DNA of 64,000 nucleotides from Myxococcota bacterium (GTDB lineage Bacteria; Myxococcota_A; UBA9160; PR03), in assembly GCA_041611735.1 (NCBI GenBank), contig JBFIML010000003.1:64001-128000 (forward strand), written 5' to 3'. Within the stretch, counting starts at the first letter, position 1. Every line of letters begins with the position of its first letter. Below the pieces are notes generated by a model. That model was not told the origin of the DNA and made no database searches. It worked only from the letters and a program-made list of their open reading frames with translations. A program made the position numbers and the translations under genes. Positions 45,201 to 54,835 of this stretch are shown piece by piece.

Positions 45201-45720
45201 TCGGGATCCCGCAATGGATCAGGGCGGGCTCGCTCTGGTGGGCGATGGAGGAGGAGCGTGCCGCCGGGTCGTCGCCACACAGCACGAGCACGCCGCCCCG
45301 GGGCGCGGCGCCGGCGTAGTTGCCGTGCTTGAGCGCGTCGCAGGAGCGGTCCACGCCGGGGCCCTTGCCGTACCAGATGGCGAAGACGCCGTCGTAGCGC
45401 GCGTCCGCGAAGAGGCTGGCCTGCTGGGAGCCCCACACCGCCGTGGCGGCCAGATCCTCGTTCACGCCGGGCTGGAAGCGGATGCGGTGCTCGTCGAGGA
45501 GCGCCTGGGCCCGCCACAGGGCCAGGTCATAGGTGCCGAGCGGCGAGCCGCGGTAGCCGGAGACGAAGCCCGCCGTCCGCAGGCCTGCGGCCCGGTCCCG
45601 GCGCGCCTGCTCCAGGGGCAGCCGCGCGAGGGCCTGTACCCCGGTGAGGTACACGCGTCCCGACTCGCGCGTGTAGCGGTGCTCGAGCTCGTAGCTGGCG
45701 TCGAAAGCCGGGCCGTTCAT
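42232..45720 (-). CDS. Indolepyruvate:ferredoxin oxidoreductase family, fused alpha/beta
   Basis: SGYRGSPLG, WYGKGPGVDR, FCSGCPHN, GDGTYFHSG, CEGCGDC...NC ferredoxin motif, GIGGTGV, YKDEYEVARL. Confidence 0.95.
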   Translation of the reverse strand: MNGPAFDASYELEHRYTRESGRVYLTGVQALARLPLEQARRDRAAGLRTAGFVSGYRGSPLGTYDLALWRAQALLDEHRIRFQPGVNEDLAATAVWGSQQASLFADARYDGVFAIWYGKGPGVDRSCDALKHGNYAGAAPRGGVLVLCGDDPAARSSSIAHQSEPALIHCGIPILNPADVQEYLDLGLQGWALSRFSGCWVAMKCLTDTVDSARSVEVGPDRVRVVAPQDFQPPAEGLHIGWANLPLAVERRLYQQRLEAVRAFVRANGLDRVVWDAPRPRLGIVTAGKTYGDVRQALAELGVDEAHARELGLVVYKVALTWPLEPQGALRFARGLQDLLVVEEKRPLLEEQLARLLYNQDPRPRLLGKTDERGEALVPAEGELSPPRVAQVLRRWIERRVPEAAAWLRPPAPDAAPGRAAALTRLPAFCSGCPHNTSTVVPEDSFALGGIGCHGMAVWLPERRTLAVTQMGGEGANWIGAAPFTETPHVFQNLGDGTYFHSGLLAIRAAVTAGVNITYKILANGAVAMTGGQPIEGESIQGEVTVPEIVRQLDAEGVRRIAVVSDAPDKYPRSARFPRGVSVHHRDELERVQRELRAIPGVTALVYDQTCAAEARRLRKRGSFPEPERRVVINELVCEGCGDCSVQSNCISIEPVETEFGRKRRINQSSCNKDYSCLKGYCPSFVTVRGGRLRRAARAAADPGGEAIFAGLPEPALSDLARPCNVLITGIGGTGVVTIGALLGMAAHLEGRGCSVLDVTGLAQKNGPVTSHVRIARRPEDLHATRIPAGAADLVLGCDIVVASGAESLAAMAKGRTAAVVNTHVSPTSDFATHPDLDLSSRAMEEAIREAVGEGDAEFLPATQLATALLGDALATNLFLVGHAWQRGRLPVGRGALERAIELNGQAVEMNRRAFAWGRLAAHDLGAVEPVARPPAPEREAPAGLERLVAHRVEFLTGYQDAAYARRYAERVERVATRERQRVAGETRLAEAVARYYFKLLAYKDEYEVARLWTDGSFRRQIAQEFEGDFRVELHLAPQIANRRDPETGRARKYALGPWIFPVLRLLARGRFLRGTLLDPFGWTAHRRRERALIREYEATLAELLDGLSPQSHDLAVQIASLPELVRGFDLVKERHLAEAKEKEAELLAAFRLRAPAPSVGR

Positions 45721-45762
45721 GGGCGGAGTCCGATTCTAGCACCGCAGGCCACGGCGAAGCGC

Positions 45763-46656
45763 TCAGCGGCCCTTCGTCTCGCGCTCCTCGAGCGAGAAGG
45801 CTCCGCGCCCGAGCTGGTCACGGATCGGCGTGAACTCCGGCATCAGCATGGCGCGTCGCTGCCAGTTGGCACCGTCCACGACCAGCGTGGCCCCGCTCAC
45901 GTAGGCGGCGTAGGGCGAGGCCAGGAAGGTGGCCGCCCAGCCGAGCTCGCGGGGGTGCCCCACGCGGCCGGCGGGTGCGCGCGCCCCCTCGCCCTCCCCG
46001 CGGCCGGGCACGCCGCGGATCGCCGCCGCTTCGTCCTCGTGTGGCATGAGGCCGGGCACCAGGCCATTCACGCGGATCCCGTAGGGTGCCCATTCGACAG
46101 CGAGCGTCTCGGTCAGGTTCTTCACGCCCGCCTTGGCCGCCGCCGAATGCGCAAATCCCGGCCCGCCGGTCCAGGCGTAGGAGGCGCCCACGTTCACGAT
46201 CGACCCGGGAGCGCCCGCCGCCAGGTGGCGGCGGGCGAACTCCCGCGAGCAGAAGAAGGTGCCGTGCAGGACGATCTCCACCACTGCGCGCCAGCCGTTG
46301 GGGCTGAGATCCTCGGCTGGCACCGGAAAGTTGCCAGCCGCGTTGTTGACCAGGGTGCCGGGCAGGCCGAGCTCCGCCTCGACGCGGTCGAAGGCCGCCG
46401 CCACCGCCTCGGGGCGCCGCACGTCGCACCCGACGCCGAGGCCCCGGCCGCCGGCTTCCCGCACGGCCGCCAGGCCCGCGGCCTGGTGATCCGCGTCGCG
46501 GCTCAAGACCGCCACCGCCGCTCCGAGGCGTGCGAACTCCACGGCCACGGCCTTGCCGAGACCCGTGCCGCCTCCGGTCACCACCACAGTATGTCCCTCG
46601 AAGGTGCCCCGCGGCAGGGCCGACGCGCCCAGCGCGGGCGGCTCCGGCAGGCCCAT
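45763..46656 (-). CDS. SDR oxidoreductase, 2,4-dienoyl-CoA reductase-like
   Basis: TGGGTGLG, VNNAAGNF, LSPNGW, HSAAAKAGV, LAVEWA. Confidence 0.9.
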   Translation of the reverse strand: MGLPEPPALGASALPRGTFEGHTVVVTGGGTGLGKAVAVEFARLGAAVAVLSRDADHQAAGLAAVREAGGRGLGVGCDVRRPEAVAAAFDRVEAELGLPGTLVNNAAGNFPVPAEDLSPNGWRAVVEIVLHGTFFCSREFARRHLAAGAPGSIVNVGASYAWTGGPGFAHSAAAKAGVKNLTETLAVEWAPYGIRVNGLVPGLMPHEDEAAAIRGVPGRGEGEGARAPAGRVGHPRELGWAATFLASPYAAYVSGATLVVDGANWQRRAMLMPEFTPIRDQLGRGAFSLEERETKGR

Positions 46657-46774
46657 GCGCTCCTCCCCGGCGCGTGCGACGCGCGTGGCCGGGAAGTCTC
46701 ACCGACGCGGCCCGGGCCCGTCAAACCCGCGCGGCGCGAGCAGCCGGCGGATCGTGCCGGTAGTATGCCCGCCC

Positions 46775-47737
46775 GTGCGTCGCCCTCCCTCCTGGCTCCG
46801 CCTCGCGCTCGGGAACCTGCTCCTGCTCGGCGTCCTGGCGGCCCTGGTCTTCGTCGCCGGCGAGCTCTACTACCGCTTCGTATACGACGAGCCGGATGGG
46901 TTCGGGGTGACCCTGGTGGAGCAGGCCTGGATGCGCCGCCACTACCGATTGAACCGCGCCGGGATCCGCGATTCGATCGACGAGTATGCCCAGCGCCCGC
47001 TCCCGGGCCGACCGCGCATCACCTTCTTCGGCGATTCCTTCACCAACGGGCACGGGGTGGAGGACGTGGAGGAGCGCTTCGCCAACCGCATCCGCGCGCG
47101 ACGGCCCGACTGGGAGGTGCACGTCTTCGCCGCCGGGGGGCTCGACACCGGCCACCATCTCGAGCAGCTGCAACGCTTCGCCGAGGTAGGCTACGGCTTC
47201 GACCACCTGGTGCTCGTCAACTGCCTGAACGACATCGCCGACCTGGTGCCGGAGTGGGAAGCCATCCGCGAGCGGATCTGGAATGCGCCGGACCCGGGCT
47301 TCTGGGTGCGCAACAGCTTCTTCGTGAATCTGGTCTACTACCGCTGGAAGGCGCGCTTCGACCCGGCACTGTCCGACTACTTCTACTTCGTGCGCGAAGC
47401 CTACGCGGGCCCAATCTGGGAGCAGCAGGCCGGGCGCCTGCAGCGAATCCGGGACGTGGTGCACGGTGCCGGGGGACGCCTGCGGGCGGTCACGTTTCCC
47501 TTCGTGCACGCGCTCGGCCCGGACTACCGGTTTGCGGTGGCGCACGAGCGCCTGGGCGCCCGGTGGCGGGAGCTCGGGGTTCCGCACCTGGACCTGCTCC
47601 GCAGCTTCGAGGCCCTCGAAGCCTCGGAGCTGGTCGTGAGCCGCCACGACCCCCACCCCAACGAACGGGCCCACGAGCTGGCCTCCCACGCCATCGAGGG
47701 GTTCCTCCAAGCGAACCTCCAGGCGGGCCGGCGCTAG
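46775..47737 (+). CDS. Membrane-anchored SGNH/GDSL hydrolase-family protein
   Basis: N-terminal TM, FGDSFTNG, CLND, terminal DPHPN (DxH). Confidence 0.85.
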   Translation: MRRPPSWLRLALGNLLLLGVLAALVFVAGELYYRFVYDEPDGFGVTLVEQAWMRRHYRLNRAGIRDSIDEYAQRPLPGRPRITFFGDSFTNGHGVEDVEERFANRIRARRPDWEVHVFAAGGLDTGHHLEQLQRFAEVGYGFDHLVLVNCLNDIADLVPEWEAIRERIWNAPDPGFWVRNSFFVNLVYYRWKARFDPALSDYFYFVREAYAGPIWEQQAGRLQRIRDVVHGAGGRLRAVTFPFVHALGPDYRFAVAHERLGARWRELGVPHLDLLRSFEALEASELVVSRHDPHPNERAHELASHAIEGFLQANLQAGRR

Positions 47738-47744
47738 CGCGACC

Positions 47745-48869
47745 TCATGGCGCTCGTCGCACGGGGCGCGCTCCCGCCTCGGGCAGGGGCTCGTAGAAGT
47801 CGGGCCCCAGTGCATCGAGGAGCAGCTCGGCGACCACGGCGTTCCCGTACGGGCTCCAGTGGTAGTCGCAGCGGTGGAAGTAGCCGGCCCAGTCGCGCGT
47901 GCGCCGCGCCATGCCCGGGAGCAGGTCCACCAGCCGGAACCCCAGGCGCTGCGTCAGCGGGGAAAGCCGCGCGGCCAGCGGGGGTGGGCCGGAGCGGGCG
48001 AAGCGCTGCAGCTCGGCCAGGGTCGGGATCAGCACCACCGCCACCGGGCGCCCGTCCGCCGAGTCGGCCAGCCGTTCCAGCACGCCGACCAGCAGCCGGA
48101 GCTGTCGCTCGCTGAAGTCGTAGTAGCCGGAGGGCAGCTCGCTGCGGGCGGCCCGCGGGCGCACGCTCCGCCAGCCCTCCCGGAGCGCGTTCCAGGCATA
48201 GGAGTGGCGGCGCAGCAGGCGCATCGCCCGGGGCTCCCGCAGGTCCCGGTGGTGCCAGCGGGGCGCGTCTCCCACCAGATAGGGGCGCCAGCGGTAGTCG
48301 TAGTCCTCGAGCCTCACAGCCCGCTCCAGGTCGAGGTCGACGAAGTCGTTGGTGGGGAGCACGCCCAGCAGGATTGCCGCGTGATCGAAGCGCGTGGCCA
48401 GCTCGCGGTGCACCAGGTAGGCCTGGTAGGGGCCGAAGTGCGCCATGGCGAAGTTCAGGTGCTCGAGGCCGGTGGCGGCCTCGAGCCGCTCCGAGACGCG
48501 CTGGGCGCGCTCCACGCCCCAGCCCTCCAGGAAGGAATCTCCCAGCACGACCACCCGGGGCCGGGGGGAGCGGAGTGCGCGCTCCACGTCGCGGGCGCCC
48601 ACGGAGTTGGTGCGATAGGTGACCCGGAAGCAGGCGCTCCGGTGCTCCCACTCCGCGTTCGGGTGGTGCCAGACCCCGAAGTCCGGGTGGTCGCCCTGCC
48701 AGAAGGCCGGACCTGCCCGCGGCGGACGCGGCGTGTGCAGCACGCCGGCCTCCACCAGGCCGAGGGTGCCGAGCTCGAGGAGTGCCGCCGTACCGGCGGC
48801 GAGGCCCGCCAGCGCCAGCAGGCGCGCAAGGCGGCGGCTCCGACCCCTCTGCCTGCGCCTGTCGATCAC
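47745..48869 (-). CDS. Membrane-anchored SGNH/GDSL hydrolase-family protein
   Basis: N-terminal TM, TNSVGARD, LGDSFLEG, PTNDF, DYHWSPYG (DxH). Confidence 0.85.
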   Translation of the reverse strand: MIDRRRQRGRSRRLARLLALAGLAAGTAALLELGTLGLVEAGVLHTPRPPRAGPAFWQGDHPDFGVWHHPNAEWEHRSACFRVTYRTNSVGARDVERALRSPRPRVVVLGDSFLEGWGVERAQRVSERLEAATGLEHLNFAMAHFGPYQAYLVHRELATRFDHAAILLGVLPTNDFVDLDLERAVRLEDYDYRWRPYLVGDAPRWHHRDLREPRAMRLLRRHSYAWNALREGWRSVRPRAARSELPSGYYDFSERQLRLLVGVLERLADSADGRPVAVVLIPTLAELQRFARSGPPPLAARLSPLTQRLGFRLVDLLPGMARRTRDWAGYFHRCDYHWSPYGNAVVAELLLDALGPDFYEPLPEAGARPVRRAP

Positions 48870-48886
48870 GCTGGGCCCGCGACCCG

Positions 48887-50554
48887 CTAGCCGGGGTTCG
48901 CCGCCTGGGCCGGCACGGCCTCGAGGAGGGCGCGCTCGGCGCGTTCCAGCATGATGCGGTGGATCTTCCGTCCGGGATCCAGCTCGGCGGCCCGCGCGAA
49001 GGCCTGGCGCGCCCGCTCGGGACGTCCGAGCTCGAGGGACGCCACGCCCAGGTGGTGCAGGACGGTCTTCTCGTCGGGGTTGATGCCGAGCGCCGCCTCG
49101 TAGGCCGCGGCCGCCTCGTTCCAACGACCCTGGCGCGCGTGGAACGACCCGAGCGCATGCCAGGCCCCCACCGTCGGGTGCAGCGCGATCGCCTGCTGGT
49201 ATTCGACCAGGGCCGCGTAGGACTGCCCGCTCCGCTCCAGCGCGCTGCCGAGGGTCACGTGGAGCGCGGGCCCGTCGCGACCGATCCAGTCCAGCCGCTT
49301 GGCGGCGGTGCGGGCGCGTGCCAGGTCGCCGCTGGCGATCGCCCGCCGCGCCGCTTCCTGCTCGAAGTGCGCGAGGAGCACGATTCCCAGGCAGGCGGCT
49401 CCGGTCGCCCACACCCCGCGGCCGAGCCACGAGTGGCGCGGCGCCCCGGTCGAGGCGGGGGCCTCGCGCGGACGCAGCAGCACGCGCGCGATGCGTCCGC
49501 TGCGCAGCTTCCAGATCGCCCCGTCCAGCACGAAGTGGTGCAGATTCACGGCCGACGCCACCAGCAGGCCGAGGCCCGCCTCGAAGGGCAGGCGCCCCAG
49601 GGCCCCGGGCGCGAAGACGAGCGCCGGGACCGTCCAGATCGCCATCCCCGCCAACAGGATCTTGCCGAGGTAGGGGAGCTGCCCGCTCCAGTCGCCGGAG
49701 GCCCGGGCGTAGTACGACGTCACCCAGACGTATTGCACCGAGTGGGCGATGGCGATCCACAGGAAGTAGTAGGGCCCGTTGCTGGCCTGCCAGGGCTCGA
49801 TGCCCGTCGGAATCTTCCACACGCGCAGCGCCAGCGGGATCGAGAACCAGAGCGCCTGGGAGAAGGCGAGCGTCGCCGTGGGCACGAGATCGGCGAGGGA
49901 GCCGCGCCGCAGCAGCAGCACCGCCGCCACCCCCAGCGCCAACCCATAGGCGGCGGCCGCCAGGGCGAAGCCGACGTTGGCCACGACGGCCGGGATCCCG
50001 AAGTTGATGAAGTGGTACGACGACGAGTCGTAGGCCACGGGCGTGTAGCTGCTGGCGTCGGCCCCGCTGTGGATGGCCAGCACCGTCATCACGTAGGAGA
50101 GGATGAACGAGGCGTAGAGCGCGCGTTTGATGGCGGGCGTGATCTCGATGCCACGCCGACGCAGGAACATGACCGCGAGGCCGTAATTCTGCCCCGTGTA
50201 GTGCCAGGGGCTCCAGGTGAGATAGAGCGTCACGATCCAGGAGCCCACCAGCGCGTTGTGCACGCCGACCGCGAACGCCAGGCCGAGCAGCAGCGTCGCG
50301 TGGAGCGCGAAGAACGCGTAGGCGCGACGGTCCTCGGCCCGCTCGTAGACGCGCACCAGGGTGGCGCCGTAGTGGGGGACCCCGAAGAGCAGCACCGCGA
50401 AGGGCATCAGGGCCGCCGCGCCGCCTTCGCGGATCTGGGTGCCGGCCCCCGTCATCAGGGCGAAGGCGATCACGTACCACAGCCCGCATCCGATCAGGAG
50501 GTCGGGCAGGGGCCCGTAGAGCCAGCGGCCGGCGCGGGCAGCGGGGGTCGCCAT
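48887..50554 (-). CDS. Polytopic membrane protein with conserved-looking His motifs and C-terminal TPR repeats
   Basis: About 10 hydrophobic segments; GVPHYGAT, WHYTGQNYG, AHSVQY, HHFVLDGAIWK; TPR pattern (AWHALG..., VLHHLG...). Confidence 0.8.
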   Translation of the reverse strand: MATPAARAGRWLYGPLPDLLIGCGLWYVIAFALMTGAGTQIREGGAAALMPFAVLLFGVPHYGATLVRVYERAEDRRAYAFFALHATLLLGLAFAVGVHNALVGSWIVTLYLTWSPWHYTGQNYGLAVMFLRRRGIEITPAIKRALYASFILSYVMTVLAIHSGADASSYTPVAYDSSSYHFINFGIPAVVANVGFALAAAAYGLALGVAAVLLLRRGSLADLVPTATLAFSQALWFSIPLALRVWKIPTGIEPWQASNGPYYFLWIAIAHSVQYVWVTSYYARASGDWSGQLPYLGKILLAGMAIWTVPALVFAPGALGRLPFEAGLGLLVASAVNLHHFVLDGAIWKLRSGRIARVLLRPREAPASTGAPRHSWLGRGVWATGAACLGIVLLAHFEQEAARRAIASGDLARARTAAKRLDWIGRDGPALHVTLGSALERSGQSYAALVEYQQAIALHPTVGAWHALGSFHARQGRWNEAAAAYEAALGINPDEKTVLHHLGVASLELGRPERARQAFARAAELDPGRKIHRIMLERAERALLEAVPAQAANPG

Positions 50555-50661
50555 GCGGGGATTATCTCACGCCTCCCCGGTCGGCCGCGAGCCCCGGGGG
50601 GTCGGCGCCCACGGCGCCCGCTACGCTGGCGGCCGTCGCGTCCTCGCGCGCGGCGGGAGCC

Positions 50662-52629
50662 ATGGCCATCCGCAAGCGGACTCGCATCGCAGTTGCCGTC
50701 GGGCTGCTGCTCGCCGCCCACGCCGCGGCAGCCGTGCATGCCCTCTCGGTGCACGCGGTCACCGTGGACGAGGTGGCTCACCTGCCGGCGGGCATCTCCT
50801 ACTGGGAGACCGGCTCCTTCGCCCTCTATCACCACAACCCGCCGCTCGTGAAGCTGCTGGCGGCGCTGCCGGCCCTGGCCCTGCATCCGGTGGTCCCCGG
50901 GCCGCCCGGCCCCGGCGTCACCCACTTCGAGTACGGCTGGTCCTTCATGTACGCCAACGCCGAGCGCTATCAGCGCATCTACTTCGCAGCGCGGTTGGTG
51001 GGGGTCGGGCTCTCGCTGCTGGCGGGTCTCGTGCTCTTCGCCTGGGGACAGGCGCTGTTCGGCACGACCGCGGGGCTGCTGGCGCTCGCGCTCTGGAGCC
51101 TTTGCCCGAACGTCCTGGCCCACTCCGGTGTCGTCACCATGGATCTCGGATTGGCGGCGGCCTTCCTGGTGGCCGGCTGGGCCCTGTGGCGCCACCTGCG
51201 CCGTCCGAGCCCGGCGAGTGCCGTGCTCTGGGGCGCGGCCCTCGGCCTGGCGCTCCTCACGAAGTTCACTGCCCTGCTGCTGCTCGGGATCTGGCCGGCG
51301 CTGGCCGGGGTGCAGGGCATGCTCCGCCTGCGCAGCGGAGCGGTGCGTGGGGGGCGTCGGGTCCTCGACGCGGCCGGGCGCAGTGCGGCGCGCTGCGCCC
51401 TGGCTCTCGCGGCGCTGCTGGGGGTCGTGAATGCCGGTTATGGCTTCGAGGGCAGCGGGCGTCGCTTGGACCGCTTCGCCTTCGAGAGCGCCGATCTGAC
51501 GCGGTCCGCGCCGCGCCCCGGCGCGCGGAGCACCGCGCCCGAGCGCCGCAATCGCTTCGAGGCGAGCCCGTTGGGAGCGCTTCCGGTTCCGCTGCCCGAA
51601 CACTTCGTGCTGGGGATCGACGCCACCCGACGACACACGGAGGGGGTCTACCGCACCTACCTTGGCGGCGAGTGGCGTCGCGGCGGCTGGCACCGCTACT
51701 ACCTGGTGACGCTGCTGCTCAAGGTTCCCGTCGGGACCTGGCTCCTGTTCGGTGTGGCCCTCGCCGCCGCAGCGACGCAGGCTCGCTTCCGCGCCGATGC
51801 CACCTCGGAGCTGGTGATCGGGGGCATCCCCGCCGCGACCCTCGCGGCCGTGAGCCTGGGGACCGACGTGAACCTGGGCCTGCGCTACGTGCTGCCGGTG
51901 CTGCCGTTCTGGCTGCTCTGGATCGCGCGTCTCGGCCGTGCCGTGGAGCAGCGGGCGCGCTGGCGCTGGATCGTGCCCGCGGCGCTGCTGGCGAACCTGC
52001 TCTCCGTGGCTCGCGTCCACCCGCACCACCTCTCCTACTTCAACGAGCCGGCCGGGGGGCCCGAGAACGGCGCGCGGCACCTGCTCGACTCGAACCTGGA
52101 CTGGGGCCAGGACCTGCTGCTGCTCGACGACTGGCTCCGGCTTCATCGCCCCGGCGTCCCGGTCGGCCTGGCCTACTTCGGCGGCGTCGATCCCGGGATC
52201 CTGCCGGCTCAGGGACGCGGCTTCCCCTTCCATCTGGCGCCGCCGGGGCGAGCCGCGGACCTGCGGCTGATGGGGGCCGCCCCCGACGGACGCCTGGCCG
52301 CCTGGCTCGGCACGGTGTGGGACCCGAAGCGCACGGGCCGGCGCCCGCTGCGGCGCGAGCTGGAAGCGGCGCTCGGGCTTCCCAGCGGACCCCAGCCGGG
52401 GCTCTACGCGATCAGCGTCAACTTCCTGTACGGCTACGCCTACCGCGTGCGGGACGCTGAGGGAAACCTCTGGTATGCGGGGCCCGATGCCTTCGGCTGG
52501 CTGCGAACCCTCGAGCCCGTGGGGCGCGCCGGCCATTCGATCTTCTTGTACGAGGTCTCGCTCGAGGAGGCGAAGCGGGCGCGGGCGTCGCTCGGTCTGC
52601 CCCCCCTCGAGCACGCACCCGACGCCTGA
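50662..52629 (+). CDS. GT-C fold glycosyltransferase (ArnT/PMT-like, lipid-carrier dependent)
   Basis: TVDEVAH in first loop, HNPPLVK, LAH...TMD, LALLTKFT, GLRYVLP, DSNLDWGQD. Confidence 0.85.
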   Translation: MAIRKRTRIAVAVGLLLAAHAAAAVHALSVHAVTVDEVAHLPAGISYWETGSFALYHHNPPLVKLLAALPALALHPVVPGPPGPGVTHFEYGWSFMYANAERYQRIYFAARLVGVGLSLLAGLVLFAWGQALFGTTAGLLALALWSLCPNVLAHSGVVTMDLGLAAAFLVAGWALWRHLRRPSPASAVLWGAALGLALLTKFTALLLLGIWPALAGVQGMLRLRSGAVRGGRRVLDAAGRSAARCALALAALLGVVNAGYGFEGSGRRLDRFAFESADLTRSAPRPGARSTAPERRNRFEASPLGALPVPLPEHFVLGIDATRRHTEGVYRTYLGGEWRRGGWHRYYLVTLLLKVPVGTWLLFGVALAAAATQARFRADATSELVIGGIPAATLAAVSLGTDVNLGLRYVLPVLPFWLLWIARLGRAVEQRARWRWIVPAALLANLLSVARVHPHHLSYFNEPAGGPENGARHLLDSNLDWGQDLLLLDDWLRLHRPGVPVGLAYFGGVDPGILPAQGRGFPFHLAPPGRAADLRLMGAAPDGRLAAWLGTVWDPKRTGRRPLRRELEAALGLPSGPQPGLYAISVNFLYGYAYRVRDAEGNLWYAGPDAFGWLRTLEPVGRAGHSIFLYEVSLEEAKRARASLGLPPLEHAPDA

Positions 52630-52674
52630 CCGCTGCTTGAGACGGGCGCGCCCTCCGATACCCTCGCGCTCGCC

Positions 52675-54798
52675 GTGATCTCGCGCGGACGCCTGGTTCG
52701 GATCGTCGCGACCCTGTTCGCCGCAGGCGCCCTCGCCTACGTCGCCTTCCCCCTGCTGCGCCTGTGCGGCGGACCCATCGGAACCGCCGACGCCTGGTGG
52801 CACCTGAAGATGGGGGAGGTGTACGCGACCCAGGGGCCGTGGCCGGACGGCGATCCGCTGCTCCACACCGCCCACGCGGACGCCCCGGTGCAGCACGAGT
52901 GGGCCTTCGACGTGGCCCTGCACGGCGTGGACCGTCACTTCGGGCTGGAAGGAGTGCGCGTGGTCCACGTGCTGGCAGTTGCGGGCATCCTGGCCCTCGC
53001 GGCTTCGGCGTTCCGGCGCGAGAGCCGCACGCTCCTCGACGCGTGCTTCGCCACCACCGTCTTCGTGGTCCTGGCCTGGTGGCGGCTCATCCAGCTGCGC
53101 CCGGACCTCGTGAGCATCCCCGCCACCCTGCTCTTCCATCGGCTGCTGCTCGAGCGGGAGCGCCCGGCTTCGGCTGCCCGCATCGCGGCGGTGGCCGCAC
53201 TCCTGCTGGTCTGGGTCAACGCCCATTCGCTGTTCGCCATTGGACCCCTGCTCGGCCTGGCGGCGCTTCTCGGCCTGGCGCTGCGGGCCGGCCTGCGCCG
53301 CTGGGCCGGCGCGGCGGTGGGGCCGGGAAGCGAGGCCGCCCAGGCGCGCCGCCTGGGCGCGGCCCTGGTCGTGGGCACGCTGGCGACGCTCGTCAATCCG
53401 CGCGGGATCGGACAGCACCTCACCTTCTTCACCTCCTCGCGCGAGGCCGCCATCTGGGCCATCTCCGACGAGTGGATGCACTTCGATCCCTTCGAGTGGC
53501 GCGGCTACGGGGACGCGGTGAGCCTGCCCACCTGGATCGCGGCCGACGCGGTGATGCTGACCTTCGCCGTGGCAGCGTGGCTGGCGTTCCGGCGCTTCGT
53601 GCGAAGCCCGTCGGCGGAGGGCCTCCGGGCCAGCGACCCCGTGCTGTTCGGACTCGGCGCCGCCGGCGTGGTGGCCGCGCTGGTCTCGGTGCGCTTTCTC
53701 TGGATGCTGGTCTTCCCCCTGCTCTTCGTGCTGCGCTTCCGGCGCCTCGTGCTCGCGCCCGGCTCCCGGCCGGGCGTCGCCCTCGCCCCGCTGCTGGCGG
53801 TGGTTGCCGTGGCGCTGGCGGCGATCTTCCCGCGCATCGAGGGCTTCCGGGCCCGCGCTGCCCGGGTTCCCTCCACCCTCTCCAGCTACCTGGCCACGTC
53901 CTACGACGGGGAGAAGTTCCACGAGGAGGCGGTGCGGTTCCTGGAGGAGACCGGCGTCGAGGGCAACCTGTTCAACGTCTACCCCATGGGCGGCTTCCTC
54001 GAGTACCGGGTCGGACCGCGGCTGCGCACCTTCGTGGACGGGCGCACCGAGCACTACCCGGCCGACGTGCTCGAGGATTACTTCCGCATCACGGAGATGC
54101 GCGGCACGCGCCCGGGCGAGAGCTTCCTCGACGTGCTGGAGCGGCGCGGCGTGGATCTCTTCGTGGGAGTCGGCCTGCCGAGTCTCATGGCCGGACGCCG
54201 CTACACGAGCGCCCATCTGGAGCGCGCGCCGGGCTGGATCCTCGTGTCCCGTTCCCTGCGGCACGGCGTCTACCTGCGCGCGAACGCCCGCAACCGCGAG
54301 AACCTGAGCCGCATCGCGGCCTACTACCAGCGGGAGTCGGTGCCCTTCGACCCGGAGCGGGGTCTCGACCCGGGCGAGGTGATCCTGCGGCGGCCGCTCT
54401 GGGCGGAAGCCCACGGCATGGTGCCGACGAGCTACGGCGTCCTGGTCGCCGCCACCCGCAGCCCGGACCCAGGGCGGCGCTTCGCGGCGCTGCAGCGCAT
54501 CGGCCTCGGCTATGCGCTGGTGGGAAGCTACACGGAGCAGCTCCGCATCGAGCGCGAAGCGATCGCCTTGAACCCGCGCAGCCCGGGCCCGCGCCGCCGT
54601 CTGGTCTACGGGCTGCTCCGCCTGGATCGTCCGGAGGAGGCCCTCGAGGCGGCGCTCGCCCTCCAGGCTCTCGACCCTCAGGACCCCCTCGCGCATCGTT
54701 ACGTGAGTGCGGTCCGGGAGTACCTGGCGCGGCGGGGAAGCGACGACCGGGAGGAGGGGCCACCGCAGGCGGTCGTCAACCGGCTTCCCCTGGTTTGA
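52675..54798 (+). CDS. Putative GT-C-like polytopic membrane protein with C-terminal TPR-like segment
   Basis: DAWWHLKMG, HEW, LRPD, WVNAH, NPRG, SVRF, FVDGR motifs; many TM helices. Confidence 0.7.
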   Translation: MISRGRLVRIVATLFAAGALAYVAFPLLRLCGGPIGTADAWWHLKMGEVYATQGPWPDGDPLLHTAHADAPVQHEWAFDVALHGVDRHFGLEGVRVVHVLAVAGILALAASAFRRESRTLLDACFATTVFVVLAWWRLIQLRPDLVSIPATLLFHRLLLERERPASAARIAAVAALLLVWVNAHSLFAIGPLLGLAALLGLALRAGLRRWAGAAVGPGSEAAQARRLGAALVVGTLATLVNPRGIGQHLTFFTSSREAAIWAISDEWMHFDPFEWRGYGDAVSLPTWIAADAVMLTFAVAAWLAFRRFVRSPSAEGLRASDPVLFGLGAAGVVAALVSVRFLWMLVFPLLFVLRFRRLVLAPGSRPGVALAPLLAVVAVALAAIFPRIEGFRARAARVPSTLSSYLATSYDGEKFHEEAVRFLEETGVEGNLFNVYPMGGFLEYRVGPRLRTFVDGRTEHYPADVLEDYFRITEMRGTRPGESFLDVLERRGVDLFVGVGLPSLMAGRRYTSAHLERAPGWILVSRSLRHGVYLRANARNRENLSRIAAYYQRESVPFDPERGLDPGEVILRRPLWAEAHGMVPTSYGVLVAATRSPDPGRRFAALQRIGLGYALVGSYTEQLRIEREAIALNPRSPGPRRRLVYGLLRLDRPEEALEAALALQALDPQDPLAHRYVSAVREYLARRGSDDREEGPPQAVVNRLPLV

Positions 54799-54835
54799 GG
54801 CCGCGGGTGGTAGGCTTGCGCCGGGAGGAGAGCGC

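Noticed and set aside
44800-47796. 998-aa plus-strand ORF
   Set aside because: Antisense to IOR and the SDR and off-frame to the SGNH gene; no recognisable domain
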